Positions 23,560 through 34,571 of a stretch of 64,000 nucleotides of DNA are shown here, piece after piece. The DNA is from an uncultured beta proteobacterium (GTDB taxonomy: Bacteria > Pseudomonadota > Gammaproteobacteria > Burkholderiales > Casimicrobiaceae): assembly GCA_963816925.1 (NCBI GenBank), contig CAWFMY010000020.1, positions 8,756 to 72,755 on the forward strand. The letters are read 5' to 3'. The position numbers and the translations under genes were made by a program. Within the stretch, counting starts at the first letter, position 1. Every line of letters starts with the position of its first letter. The notes under the pieces were generated by a model. The model saw only the letters and a list, made by a program, of their open reading frames with translations. It searched no databases and was not told where the DNA came from.

Positions 23560-23786
23560 CGTCGGCCTCCGAACGCGCTCGCGTTTGCTCGCATCCCCTT
23601 GCCTTCGGCTTGGGGCCCCTGCTCGCCGTTCGCGCGTTCCCCCTCTCCGCCGCTCACGGCTCGGCCTCCACAACTGCCTTGGTGTGCGACGACCTGTCTG
23701 TCGGCCTCATGCGCCGATTCGCGATTGCTCCGATCCCCTTCGCGCTCCGCGCGCGGGGCCCCTCTCCGCCGCTCACGGCGCTAGCC
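23560..23786. repeat. two imperfect tandem copies of a ~90-110 bp GC-rich intergenic repeat
   Basis: Unit 1 (23560-23668) and unit 2 (23700-23786) share gtcggcctc...tcgcg(t/a)ttgctc..atcccctt...gggcccct...ctctccgccgctcacggc. A third partial copy, gcgccgctcacggctcggcc, lies at 23470-23490. Confidence 0.5.
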
Positions 23787-24435
23787 TGTCGACGACCCAA
23801 CCGTGGGGAGTTTGCGGATCGCGACGATAGCGGATGCGGTCGTGCAGCCGCGACGGACGGCCCTGCCAGAACTCGAGCGCGTCCGGCGCGAGGCGATAGC
23901 CGCCCCAGTGCGGCGGCCGCGGAATGTCGTCCCCCGCGTCGCGGTATTGCGACTCCGTGGCCGCGTATCGTTCCTGCAGCACCGCGCGCCCGCCGATCGC
24001 CTCGCTCTGCGGCGACGCCCACGCGCCGAGGCGCGCCCCGCGCGGCCGGCTCGCGAAGTACGCGGCGGACTCGGCGGCGTCGACCATCGCGACGGCGCCT
24101 TCGATGCGCACCTGCCGCTCGAGCTCCGGCCAGAAGAAAAGCAGCGCGGCGTCGCGACGCGCCGCGAGCTCGCGTCCCTTCCGGCTCGCGTAGTTGGTGA
24201 AGAACACGAATCCCCGGTCGTCGAATCCCTTGAGCAGCACCACCCGCGCGGACGGGCGGCCGTCGGCGTCGGCGGTCGCGAGCGTCATCGCATTGGGCTC
24301 CGGGACGTCCGCCTTGACCGCCTCGTCGAACCAGCGCTCGAACTGGCGGAACGGCTGCGGCGCGACGTCGCGCTCGTCCAGCGTCTCGCGCTTGTAGTCG
24401 ATGCGCAGGTCGGCGATCTTCACGGGAACCGCCAT
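23773..24435 (-). CDS. pdxH: pyridoxamine 5'-phosphate oxidase
   Basis: Start at ATG 24435 ([19 protein letters not shown]...). Motifs ...[24 protein letters not shown]... and ...[16 protein letters not shown]... Confidence 0.93.
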   Translation of the reverse strand: MAVPVKIADLRIDYKRETLDERDVAPQPFRQFERWFDEAVKADVPEPNAMTLATADADGRPSARVVLLKGFDDRGFVFFTNYASRKGRELAARRDAALLFFWPELERQVRIEGAVAMVDAAESAAYFASRPRGARLGAWASPQSEAIGGRAVLQERYAATESQYRDAGDDIPRPPHWGGYRLAPDALEFWQGRPSRLHDRIRYRRDPQTPHGWVVDRLAP

Positions 24436-24509
24436 TTTACGCCATTGCGGACGCACCCAGGCGCTGCGCACCCGGCCGCGCAGTCGGCGAGCCGCGAATC
24501 GACCATCGC

Positions 24510-25262
24510 CTACGGCACGAATTTCTTTTCGTATTGGGCGTTGATGCGCGCGAGCGAGCCGTCGGCGCGCAGCTTCTCGAGCGCGTCGGTGAGCGCCTTC
24601 ACGACGGCGCGGTCGGTCTGCGGGTTGCACGCGAGGTACAACGGCTCCTCCCGCGCGAGAAAGACGAGCTTGACGTCCGCGACCTTGGCCGCTTTCGCGA
24701 CACTGCGGCCGGCGTAAAGACTGCTGATCCAGAGATCGATGTGGTCGGGGTTGTCGGACGGAAGCAGCAGGCGCGGCGGGTTCTCGCGATCATCGCGCAC
24801 GAGCTTGAGATTCGTGACCGCGTTCTCGCGCAGGAATTCGCCTTTCGCGTCGCGGTTGACGGCGCCGATGCGATAGGGCGCGAGGTCCTTGATCGCGCGG
24901 ATCGGCACGGCGAAGTCGCCTTTGCCGAACAGCGCCCAGTAGTTGGTCGCGAGCGGGCCCACCCAGAGAAACAGCCGCTCGCGGTTCTCGAGCCGCGCCG
25001 TCGCGAAGACGCACGTGTTCCTTTCCGCCTGCGCGCGGACGAACGCGTCGTCCCACGGCATGATCTCGATCGCGGCCGGGTGTCCCGCGCGGGTGGAGAT
25101 CTGTCGCACGATCTCGGTGACCGAGCCGACGATCTTCCCGTTCTCGCTGTAGTTGAACGGCGGGTTCTCCTCGGTCAGGAACGAAAGGGTCACCGCCGAC
25201 GCGGTCCCGGCCCCGGCGACTAACCCGATCAGGCCAAGGGCGATCCGGAGAAACTGCATCAT
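24510..25262 (-). CDS. periplasmic solute-binding protein (family 3, amino-acid type), orphan
   Basis: Signal peptide [23 protein letters not shown] followed by an SBP_bac_3-like body. No permease or ATPase gene is adjacent. Confidence 0.8.
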   Translation of the reverse strand: MMQFLRIALGLIGLVAGAGTASAVTLSFLTEENPPFNYSENGKIVGSVTEIVRQISTRAGHPAAIEIMPWDDAFVRAQAERNTCVFATARLENRERLFLWVGPLATNYWALFGKGDFAVPIRAIKDLAPYRIGAVNRDAKGEFLRENAVTNLKLVRDDRENPPRLLLPSDNPDHIDLWISSLYAGRSVAKAAKVADVKLVFLAREEPLYLACNPQTDRAVVKALTDALEKLRADGSLARINAQYEKKFVP

Positions 25263-25411
25263 TGAGGGCTTTCGGATGGACAAGACCCCCATTGTCGCAA
25301 CAAGGGGGCTGCCTGCCAACGACCTTCCGACAGGCGCATGCAATTGCGGCACGTCCTGTGCCGGCCTACACTTGCGTCGGTTCGCCCCCGCCCCGCCTCC
25401 CCGCTTCGATC

Positions 25412-26614
25412 GTGGAACTCAACCAGCGCGAGACTTTCATCCTCGCCATCCTCGTCCTGTTCCTCGGCCGTTGGCTCAATCGGCACGTCGCGCCGCTGCG
25501 AGAGTGGAACATCCCGGAGCCCGTCACCGGCGGGGTCGTGGCCTCGATGGCCTTCGGCGCGCTCTATCTCGTCGCCGGAACCCAGGTCTCGTTCACGCTC
25601 GACTGGCGCGACGGCCTGCTCATCGTCTTCTTCACGACGATCGGGCTCTCCGCCAACGTGCGGATGCTCGCCACCGGCGGCGCAATGCTGGCGACGCTGA
25701 CACTGATCGCGGTCGCGAACCTGTGGATCCAGAACGGAGTCGGCATCGCGATTGCGAACCTGCTCGGCGCGAATCCGGCCACGGGATTGCTCGCCGGTTC
25801 ACTCGGCCTGTCGGGCGGTCACGGCACCGCGATCGCCTGGGCGCCCACGCTGAAGTCGACCTTCGACCTGCCGAACGCCATGGAAATCGGGACGGCGGCG
25901 GCGACGTTCGGTCTCGTCGTCGGCGGCGTCCTCGGCGGACCGCTGGGCCGGTTTCTGATCCGCCGTCACCAACTCCACCCCCAGACCGCCGAGCGCACGA
26001 GCGTCGGTTTCGAGTATGCGGAGGAGGCGAAACTCAAGCTCGACGTCGACGGGATGCTCCAGACGTTGCTGGTCATCGCCATCGCGGCAGGGATCGGCAA
26101 CGAGCTCAACGCCCTCGTCGCCCTATGGGGGCTGAAGCTTCCCGACTTCGTCACGGCGCTGATCGCGGGCATCGTGCTCACCAACGTGGTCCCGCGGCTC
26201 TTTCCCCGCCTGCCCTGGCCGACGGGGACACCGCCGCTCGCACTGGTGGCCGATCTCGCGCTCGGGCTGTTCCTCGCGATGAGCCTCATGAGCCTGCAGC
26301 TGTGGACGCTGCTCGACGTCGCGGGGCCGCTGTTCGCGATCCTCGTCGCGCAGACCGCGGTTTGCTGGGGATTGCTGACGTGGGTGGTGTTCCGTGTGCT
26401 CGGCAGCACCTATGACGCCGCCGTTTCCACCTCCGGATACTTCGGCCTGGCCATGGGGGCGACACCGACGGCTATCGCGGTCATGACCGCCATCACCAAG
26501 GCGCACGGGGCAAGCCCGCGGTCGTTCATCGTCGTGCCGCTGGTCGGCGCGTTCTTCGTGGACATCGCCAACGCGATCACCATCCAGACGATCATTCGGT
26601 TGATGGGCCATTGA
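25412..26614 (+). CDS. gltS: sodium/glutamate symporter
   Basis: About 400 aa from GTG 25412 with GltS-family helices (...GLSGGHGTAIAW...). The start is uncertain within ORF 25262..26614. Confidence 0.88.
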   Translation: MELNQRETFILAILVLFLGRWLNRHVAPLREWNIPEPVTGGVVASMAFGALYLVAGTQVSFTLDWRDGLLIVFFTTIGLSANVRMLATGGAMLATLTLIAVANLWIQNGVGIAIANLLGANPATGLLAGSLGLSGGHGTAIAWAPTLKSTFDLPNAMEIGTAAATFGLVVGGVLGGPLGRFLIRRHQLHPQTAERTSVGFEYAEEAKLKLDVDGMLQTLLVIAIAAGIGNELNALVALWGLKLPDFVTALIAGIVLTNVVPRLFPRLPWPTGTPPLALVADLALGLFLAMSLMSLQLWTLLDVAGPLFAILVAQTAVCWGLLTWVVFRVLGSTYDAAVSTSGYFGLAMGATPTAIAVMTAITKAHGASPRSFIVVPLVGAFFVDIANAITIQTIIRLMGH

Positions 26615-26892
26615 CCCGGGCCGAGCGCCCGTTGCGCGCCGTCAGCGGCGCGACGTCGCGCCGGAACGGATTGCCGGGTGGTGTCGGGGGCGCCCGACGC
26701 GCGTGTCCGGCACCGCGCCACCCGCGCAACACGCCCTGCGCAGCACTGCGAAAAAAGCGTACGCGAGGGATTCCCTTGCCTCGGAATTGCGCTATAGTTG
26801 CCGCCGATGGAGCAGGAATCACCGTGACAGGACGGTCCGCTTCAGAGTGTTCGGCGCAGTAAGTTGAGCATCCAAACAAAGGAAGGAGAACT

Positions 26893-27303
26893 ATGGCTAC
26901 TGCCAAGAAAGCTGCAAAGAAATCCGCGAAGAAGCCCGCCGCGAAGAAGGCCCCCGCGAAGAAACCCGCGGCGAAAAAAGCCCCGGCGAAAAAGGCCCCG
27001 GCGAAGAAGGCCCCCGCAAAGAAACCCGCGGCGAAGAAGTCCGCCGCGAAGCGCAAGCCGAATGCCGCGTTCATGAAGCCGATGACCCCGTCGGCGATGC
27101 TCGCCGCCGTTGTCGGCGCGATGCCGATGCCGCGCACCGATGTCACCAAGAAGATCTGGGACTACATCAAGAAGAACAAGCTGCAGGACTCCATCAACCG
27201 GCGCCTTATCAACGCCGACGAGAAGCTCCGTGCGGTGTTCGGGGGCAAGAAGCAAGTGTCGATGTTCGAGATGACGAAGCTCGTCTCGAATCATCTCAAG
27301 TAA
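26893..27303 (+). CDS. SWIB/MDM2-domain protein with a histone-H1-like AKKP-repeat N-terminus
   Basis: 136 aa. Residues 1-55 are (A/P)AKK(A/P) repeats. The C-terminal part ...LAAVVGAMPMPRTDVTKKIWDYIKKNKLQD...EKLRAVFGGKKQVSMFEMTKLVSNHL is a SWIB fold signature. AGGAG lies upstream of the ATG. Confidence 0.85.
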   Translation: MATAKKAAKKSAKKPAAKKAPAKKPAAKKAPAKKAPAKKAPAKKPAAKKSAAKRKPNAAFMKPMTPSAMLAAVVGAMPMPRTDVTKKIWDYIKKNKLQDSINRRLINADEKLRAVFGGKKQVSMFEMTKLVSNHLK

Positions 27304-27337
27304 GCGGTACCCGCGCCCTGCACCAGGGACGCAATGC

Positions 27338-27378
27338 CACGGCCGGCCGGGTCACTCCCGCCGGCCGTGATTTTTTTC
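27338..27378 (+). terminator. intrinsic terminator downstream of the SWIB gene
   Basis: Sequence CACGGCCGGCcgggtcactcccGCCGGCCGTGattttttt. Confidence 0.6.
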
Positions 27379-27451
27379 CCGGACCGCGGGCGCACGGCAA
27401 ACGCGACCGCGCCGCGCCGCATGCGGACAAACCGGGTGCGGACGCGGTAGA

Positions 27452-27904
27452 GTGCCGATGCGGCAACCCGCCTGCCGCGTCTTCCCGCCCGTGCGCCGCC
27501 CGATGCCCACGCCAGAGCCCGCTCCGATCCCGTCGCCGATGGCGCCGCAATTCCTGCGCTACGCCGGCGCCGGCGCGATCGGCACCGCGTTGCACTACGC
27601 GCTGCTGATTTGCCTCGTGCAACTCGTGCGTCTCGATGCCGTCGTCGCGTCGACGCTCGGCGCCATCGCCGGCGCCTTGACGAACTACGCGCTCAACCAT
27701 CGCTACACGTTCGATAGCGCGCGCGCGCACCGCCATGCGCTGCCGCGCTTCGCGTTGATCGCGGCGGGCGGCATTGCGCTCAACGCGCTCGTGATGGCGG
27801 CCGTCCTGGCCGTCGCCGGGCCGCATTATCTCGTCGCCCAGGTCATCGCGACCGGCGCCGTTCTCGCGCTCGGCTACCTGGCGAATCGCGCATGGACGTT
27901 CTGA
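27452..27904 (+). CDS. GtrA-family membrane protein (polyprenyl-phosphate-sugar handling)
   Basis: ...FLRYAGAGAIGTALHYALLICLV... and ...NYALNHRYTF... with four TM helices. The true start may be an internal ATG (27503 or 27539). Confidence 0.75.
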   Translation: MPMRQPACRVFPPVRRPMPTPEPAPIPSPMAPQFLRYAGAGAIGTALHYALLICLVQLVRLDAVVASTLGAIAGALTNYALNHRYTFDSARAHRHALPRFALIAAGGIALNALVMAAVLAVAGPHYLVAQVIATGAVLALGYLANRAWTF

Positions 27905-28936
27905 ACACCGGCCGCATCGCGCACGCCGTCGAAACGTCGGCGGCGGGTGCGATATCGGTGGTCGTTCCCGTTTTCAACGAGGAAGCCGTGCTGCCGGAGT
28001 TCCACCGGCGCCTCGCCGCCGTTCTCGACAGCCTGCAGGCGCCGGCCGAGATCCTCTACGTCAACGACGGCAGCCGCGATGGCACCCTGGCGCTGCTGGC
28101 CTCGCTCAACGAGAAGGATCCGCGCGTCGCCGTCGTCGACCTGTCGCGCAACTTCGGCAAGGAAGTGGCGATGAGCGCGGGCCTCGACCATGCGAACGGC
28201 GACGCGGTCGTCGTCATCGATGCCGACCTGCAGGATCCGCCGGAGCTCATCCCCGAGATGGTCCGCGCCTGGCGCGAGGGTCACGACGTCGTGCTGATGC
28301 GGCGCCGCAGCCGCGCGCAGGAGAGCTGGCTCAAGAAGGCGACGGCGCGGGCGTTCTACCGCGCGATGGGGCGCATGGGCACGATCGACATCCCGGAAAA
28401 CGTCGGCGATTTCCGCCTCCTCTCGCGGCGCGCCGTCGCGGCGCTGCGCCGCTTCCCCGAGCGCAGCCGGTTCATGAAGGGCCTGTTCGCGTGGATCGGC
28501 TTCCCCTGCCGCGAGATCGAATACGACCGCGACGGCCGCTTTGCCGGGAAAGTCCAAGTGGAACTACTGGCATTTGTGGAATTTCGCACTCGAGGGCATC
28601 ACGTCGTTCTCGGTCGTGCCGCTCAAGGTCGCGAGCTACATCGGCTTTGCCACCGCGCTCGCGGCGTTCGCCTACGGCGGCTATTTCATCGTCAAGACCC
28701 TGATCCGCGGCGATGCCGTTCCGGGCTTTCCGACGCTCGTCACGCTCGTGCTGTTCCTCGGCGGACTGCAGCTGATGGCGCTCGGCATCATCGGCGAATA
28801 TCTCGCGCGGATGTTCATCGAGGTGAAGCAGCGTCCGCTCTACCTGGTGCAGCGGCGCCTGCCGCCGTCGCGACCCATCCCGGCGCCGAAGGCGTCGGAA
28901 AGCGCCGCGATGCCGGGGACATGGCCCTCGTCCTGA
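27892..28936 (+). pseudogene. family-2 glycosyltransferase, polyprenyl-phosphate sugar synthase type (ArnC/GtrB-like), frameshift near 28552
   Basis: ISVVVPVFNEE..., YVNDGSRDGT and VVIDADLQDPPE. After ...DRDGRFAGK the protein continues as SKWNYWHLWNFALEGITSFS... plus two C-terminal TM helices in ORF 28541..28936. An extra G is visible in aaaGtcc. Confidence 0.88.
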
Positions 28937-30393
28937 CGGCGCGCGAGCGCCGCGCGCTCGCGGTCTTCCTCGTCGTCATCATCGCCGCGCGGCTGGCCAC
29001 GCTCGGTGCGTATCCGCTGATGGACTCGACCGAGTCGCGCTACGCCGAGATCGCGCGCAAGATGATCGAAACCGGCAACTGGCTCACGCCGCAGTTCGAC
29101 TACGGCGTTCCCTTCTGGGGAAAGCCGCCGCTGTCGACTTGGCTTTCGGCGGCGGCGATGACGGCGCTCGGCGTCGGCGAATTCGCCGCGCGCCTGCCAT
29201 CGTTCCTGCTCGCCCTTGCCTGCGGCGTTCCAGTCGCCGTGCACGCGGCGCTGCGCGGCGGGCGCGATCAGGGCGCGTGGACGCTCGCGCTTTTCGCGTC
29301 GACCGGCCTCGTGTTCGTCGCGGCGGGCGCGGTGATGACGGACTCCGCACTGGCGCTCGGCACGACGATGTCGATGACGGGTTTCTGGATCGCCGCGAGC
29401 GGCCCGGACCGGCACCGCGCCGCCGCGGTGACCGCGTTCTTCGTGGGCCTCGCGATCGGCCTGCTCGCCAAGGGCCCGGTCGCCGTGGTGCTTGTGTTCC
29501 TGCCGGTCGGCGCCTGGGTGCTGGCAACGCGGCGCTGGCGCGACGCGTGGACGCGGTTGCCGTGGGTGGGCGGCCTGCTGCTGACCGCCGCGATCGTCGT
29601 GCCCTGGTACTGGGCCGCCGAGCGGGCTACGCCGGGATTCCTCGATTACTTTCTGGTCGGCGAACACTGGAAGCGGTTCGTCGAACCCGGCTGGAAGGGC
29701 GACCTCTATGGTGCCGCGCACTCGCGGCCGCGCGGAATGATCTGGCTCTACTGGCTCGCGGTGGCGCTGCCGTGGTCGGCGATCGCGCTGGCGTGGCTCG
29801 GGAGAGGACTCTTGCAAAAGCGCGTCGATTTGCACGCGGTGGTGGCCGATCCCTGGCGGCTCTATCTGCTGCTGTGGACGGTCGCGCCCATGGTGTTCTT
29901 CACCGTCTCGGGCAACATTCTCGCGACCTATGTGCTGCCGGGGCTGCCCGCCTTTGCGTTGCTCGTGGGCGACCTGTGGCGACCGCGCGCGGACGACACG
30001 CGTGCGCTGCGCACCCCGGTGCGCGCGCTGCTTGCAGCCGGCCTCGCGCTGCCGGTGCTGTTCGTCGCCGGCATCTTCCTCGCGCACGACCGGCTCGAAC
30101 GGGAGCTGTCGCACAAGGCGCTCGTGCAGACGTGGGCAACGAAGCGCGCGAACAACGGCGAGCGTCTCGTCTACGTGGGGCGGCCTCCCCCGTCGGCCGA
30201 GTTCTATTCGCGGGGCAAGGCGATGACGGTGCCGGACATCGCGACGCTCGCGCCGGTGCTCGACGATCCCGCGGCGGACTTCATCGCGCTTCGCGCCGGC
30301 GATCTCGCCCGGCTACCGGACGCCACGCGCGGCGAAGCTCGTGCCGCTCGGCGAATTCGGCGACTACCGCCTGCTGCACGAGTCGCACGCTAA
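28921..30393 (+). CDS. ArnT/PMT-like (GT39/GT83) polyprenyl-phosphate-dependent glycosyltransferase; possible frameshift near 30330
   Basis: MALVLTARERR... and YPLMDSTESRYAEIARKMIETGNWLTPQFDYGVPFWGKPPL, followed by many TM helices. The last ~20 codons read as Arg-rich junk, whereas the +1 frame gives the protein-like KLVPLGEFGDYRLLHES. Confidence 0.85.
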   Translation: MALVLTARERRALAVFLVVIIAARLATLGAYPLMDSTESRYAEIARKMIETGNWLTPQFDYGVPFWGKPPLSTWLSAAAMTALGVGEFAARLPSFLLALACGVPVAVHAALRGGRDQGAWTLALFASTGLVFVAAGAVMTDSALALGTTMSMTGFWIAASGPDRHRAAAVTAFFVGLAIGLLAKGPVAVVLVFLPVGAWVLATRRWRDAWTRLPWVGGLLLTAAIVVPWYWAAERATPGFLDYFLVGEHWKRFVEPGWKGDLYGAAHSRPRGMIWLYWLAVALPWSAIALAWLGRGLLQKRVDLHAVVADPWRLYLLLWTVAPMVFFTVSGNILATYVLPGLPAFALLVGDLWRPRADDTRALRTPVRALLAAGLALPVLFVAGIFLAHDRLERELSHKALVQTWATKRANNGERLVYVGRPPPSAEFYSRGKAMTVPDIATLAPVLDDPAADFIALRAGDLARLPDATRGEARAARRIRRLPPAARVAR

Positions 30394-30404
30394 GGCGACC
30401 TTGC

Positions 30405-31022
30405 TCAGTCAGCGGCTTTCATTGCGTTCGCCACGCCGGGCCGCGCGGCGAGCGCCGCGCCCCAGCGCGCGAGGTTCGGGAATCCGCCCGCGGCGTCGAG
30501 CTGCGGCTTGCGCACCGCGACGACGGGGTAGAGCGCGAAATCGGCGATCGACAGCTCGTCCGCGAGCCAGTCCCGCCCTTCGAGCCGCGCCTCGGCCACG
30601 CGGAAGTAGCGCAACATCCGCCCGCCGAGCCATTCGAGGTTGGCCGGCGATTTCTCCGGCGCGAGGACGCCCAGCAGGAACAGGTTGGCCGACGACGGCG
30701 CGCAGTCGGTCATCGCGCACATGAACCATTGCAGCGCGAGCACGCGCCGCACCGGGTCCGCGGGAATGAAGCGCCCCGCCTTTTCCGCGAGGTAGAGCTC
30801 GATGGCGGCGGACTGCGCGATCGTGATCGGCGCGCCGCCGGGCCCGTCCGGGTCGACGATCGCGGGGATCGCGCCCGCGGGATTGATCTTGAGGAACTCG
30901 GGCGCCTGCTGCTCGTTCTTGAAGAGGTCGACCTTGTGCACGCGATAGGGAAACCCGCATTCCTCGAGCATGATCGCGGCGCGCTGGCCGTTCGACGTCT
31001 GCCAGGTGTAAAGGTCGATCAT
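30405..31022 (-). CDS. glutathione S-transferase
   Basis: MIDLYTWQTSNGQRAAIMLEE...INPAGAIPAIVD... N-terminal thioredoxin-like domain plus a C-terminal helical domain; 205 aa. Confidence 0.88.
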   Translation of the reverse strand: MIDLYTWQTSNGQRAAIMLEECGFPYRVHKVDLFKNEQQAPEFLKINPAGAIPAIVDPDGPGGAPITIAQSAAIELYLAEKAGRFIPADPVRRVLALQWFMCAMTDCAPSSANLFLLGVLAPEKSPANLEWLGGRMLRYFRVAEARLEGRDWLADELSIADFALYPVVAVRKPQLDAAGGFPNLARWGAALAARPGVANAMKAAD

Positions 31023-31080
31023 CGGAATCTCCCGCCGGAAGGGCGTTCGTCGAACTACGGAACCTGCAGTGCCTCGTCGC

Positions 31081-31305
31081 TCACTTGCGCGGCGCCGGCC
31101 AGTCGTCCTCGTCCTCGAGGATCCGGATGACGCGAGTGCGCTTGCCGTCGCCGTACTTTTCCATCTTGACGAGAACCGGGTACAGCTCGGCCAGCTTCGC
31201 GCGCGCAACGCCTTCGTCGTCGAAGGTGAGGATCGATCCGTCCGCACCTCGCACGTCGCTCCAGCGCCCCTTGCCGTCCTCGACTTCGATCTTGAATTTC
31301 TGCAT
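31081..31305 (-). CDS. small acidic hypothetical protein (74 aa) coupled to htpX
   Basis: The ATG at 31305 lies 1 nt after the htpX stop (31307-31309). Third-position GC is high. No family was recognised. Confidence 0.5.
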   Translation of the reverse strand: MQKFKIEVEDGKGRWSDVRGADGSILTFDDEGVARAKLAELYPVLVKMEKYGDGKRTRVIRILEDEDDWPAPRK

Positions 31306-31306
31306 G

Positions 31307-32182
31307 TCAGGCGCCCGTGCGCTGCAGCGCGGCGATCCGCTCCTCGATCGGCGGGTGCGTGGCGAACAGGGACATGATCCCGCCCTTGTCGGTGATGCCG
31401 AAGCCCGACATCGATTGCGGCAGCACGCCCGGCTCGAGCCCGCCGAGACGGCGCAGCGCGTTGACCATGGGCGACGGCGTGCCGAGGAACTGCGCGCTGG
31501 CCGCGTCGGCGCGGAACTCGCGGCGGCGCGAAAACCAGGCGACGATCATCGACGCCAGGATGCCGAGCACGATCTGGGCGACGATCACCGTGATGAAGTA
31601 GCCGGGCCCGTTGCCGCGCTCGGTGCGGAACACGGCCTTGTCTACGATCGAGCCGATGATGCGCGCGAAGAACACGACGAACGTGTTGACCACGCCCTGG
31701 ATCAGCGTGAGCGTCACCATGTCGCCGTTGGCGACGTGGCCGATCTCGTGCCCGAGCACCGCCTCGACTTCCTCCTTGTTCATCGACTGGAGGAGCCCCG
31801 TCGACACGGCGACCAGCGCCGAATTCTTGAATGCGCCGGTCGCGAACGCGTTGGGCGCGCCGTCGTAGATCGCGACTTCCGGCATGCCGATGCCGGCTTT
31901 GGCAGAGAGCCTGCGCACCGTCTCGACCATCCAGGCTTCGGCTTCGTTGGCGGGCTGGTCGATGACACGCGCGCCGGTCGACCATTTCGCCATCGGCTTC
32001 GACATGAGGAGCGAGATGATCGCGCCCGTGAATCCGACGACCGCGGAGAACACGAGCAGCGAGCCGGTGTTCATGCCCGTTTGCGCGGACATCGCGGTGT
32101 CGAGGCCGAGCAGGCGCAGGACGATCGACAGGACGAGCACGACGGCCAGGTTGGTGACGATGAACAGCACGACGCGCTTCAT
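31307..32182 (-). CDS. htpX: membrane zinc protease HtpX
   Basis: 291 aa with the [10 protein letters not shown] zinc motif and four TM helices. Confidence 0.95.
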   Translation of the reverse strand: MKRVVLFIVTNLAVVLVLSIVLRLLGLDTAMSAQTGMNTGSLLVFSAVVGFTGAIISLLMSKPMAKWSTGARVIDQPANEAEAWMVETVRRLSAKAGIGMPEVAIYDGAPNAFATGAFKNSALVAVSTGLLQSMNKEEVEAVLGHEIGHVANGDMVTLTLIQGVVNTFVVFFARIIGSIVDKAVFRTERGNGPGYFITVIVAQIVLGILASMIVAWFSRRREFRADAASAQFLGTPSPMVNALRRLGGLEPGVLPQSMSGFGITDKGGIMSLFATHPPIEERIAALQRTGA

Positions 32183-32270
32183 TGGAGATCCCCGGGAATC
32201 GACATGGCGGGCGTCATATTAACGCACCGCGGACGCCAATTGAACCGCGCCGTCGCGGCGCGGAGGAATG

Positions 32271-34133
<1,863 letters not shown>

Positions 34134-34288
34134 TGTCGTTTGTTCATGAACAATCGCACTCGATCGCACATTCTAGCGCGTGCGCCGGGACCCGTCATTG
34201 ATCGAGTTCCCAGTGCGTAACCGCCGCGAGCCGGAATCCCGCGCCAGACAAGGCTTTGCGGCCGATCGCACAGGATGCGGCGACGAGG

Positions 34289-34311
34289 TTGTCCACAAAT
34301 CCTGTGGATAA
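34289..34311. promoter_or_regulatory. inverted pair of DnaA-box-like 9-mers in the glnS/xseA divergent intergenic region
   Basis: TTGTCCACA (34289-34297) and, on the other strand, TTATCCACA (34303-34311, a perfect consensus) are separated by 5 bp. The surrounding ~400 bp are unusually AT-rich for this window. Confidence 0.35.
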
Positions 34312-34571
34312 AATTGTGCGTATCTTGTAAATTTGAGCGCTAAGTAGTGCCCAGGCCGGAAAAATTCTTCGCATGCCCAATTTCGCGCCTGTTTTTTGTC
34401 ATTTTTAATCAATAAGTTACCTGATGTTCGCAAGGGCCGGTGGACGCGCCCCGAACCCTCCGATTTGACGTCATGTGACCGTTCCATTACCCGGACACTT
34501 CATATTTTTGTCATGGACAAACAGGTTGCCGCAATGCCCATGTTCGACGTCCCTCGCCACTCAATCGACCC

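Noticed and set aside
20362-23784. 1140-aa plus-strand ORF (also 45581..49171 at 1196 aa, 9826..13905 at 1359 aa, 11514..14180 at 888 aa, 41307..43199, 52545..55433 and others)
   Set aside because: These are Arg/Asp/Glu/His/Pro-rich low-complexity translations lying antisense or out of frame to well-supported genes (pit, MFS, hppA, lplT, DUF2339 and others). Long stop-free stretches are expected in all frames at this GC content. No recognisable motifs were found.
26592-27149. 185-aa minus-strand ORF with FFAGAFFAG repeats
   Set aside because: It is the mirror image of the AKKP-repeat region of the SWIB gene on the plus strand. The repeat periodicity is inherited and not independent. The plus-strand gene has an SD, a folded-domain signature and a terminator.
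27892-30393. Single 833-aa fusion ORF (GT2 plus ArnT-like) as given in the track
   Set aside because: The middle of this ORF (about 28555-28920) is Arg-rich nonsense. The real GT2 C-terminus with its TM helices is in the +1 frame (28541..28936), and the ArnT-like protein has its own ATG at 28921. The fusion is an artefact of a frameshift plus an open alternative frame.
34173-34487. 104-aa and 61-aa minus-strand ORFs in the glnS/xseA intergenic region
   Set aside because: They lie in an AT-rich regulatory spacer. Their codon usage is unlike the rest of the window, they have no RBS and I recognised no family.
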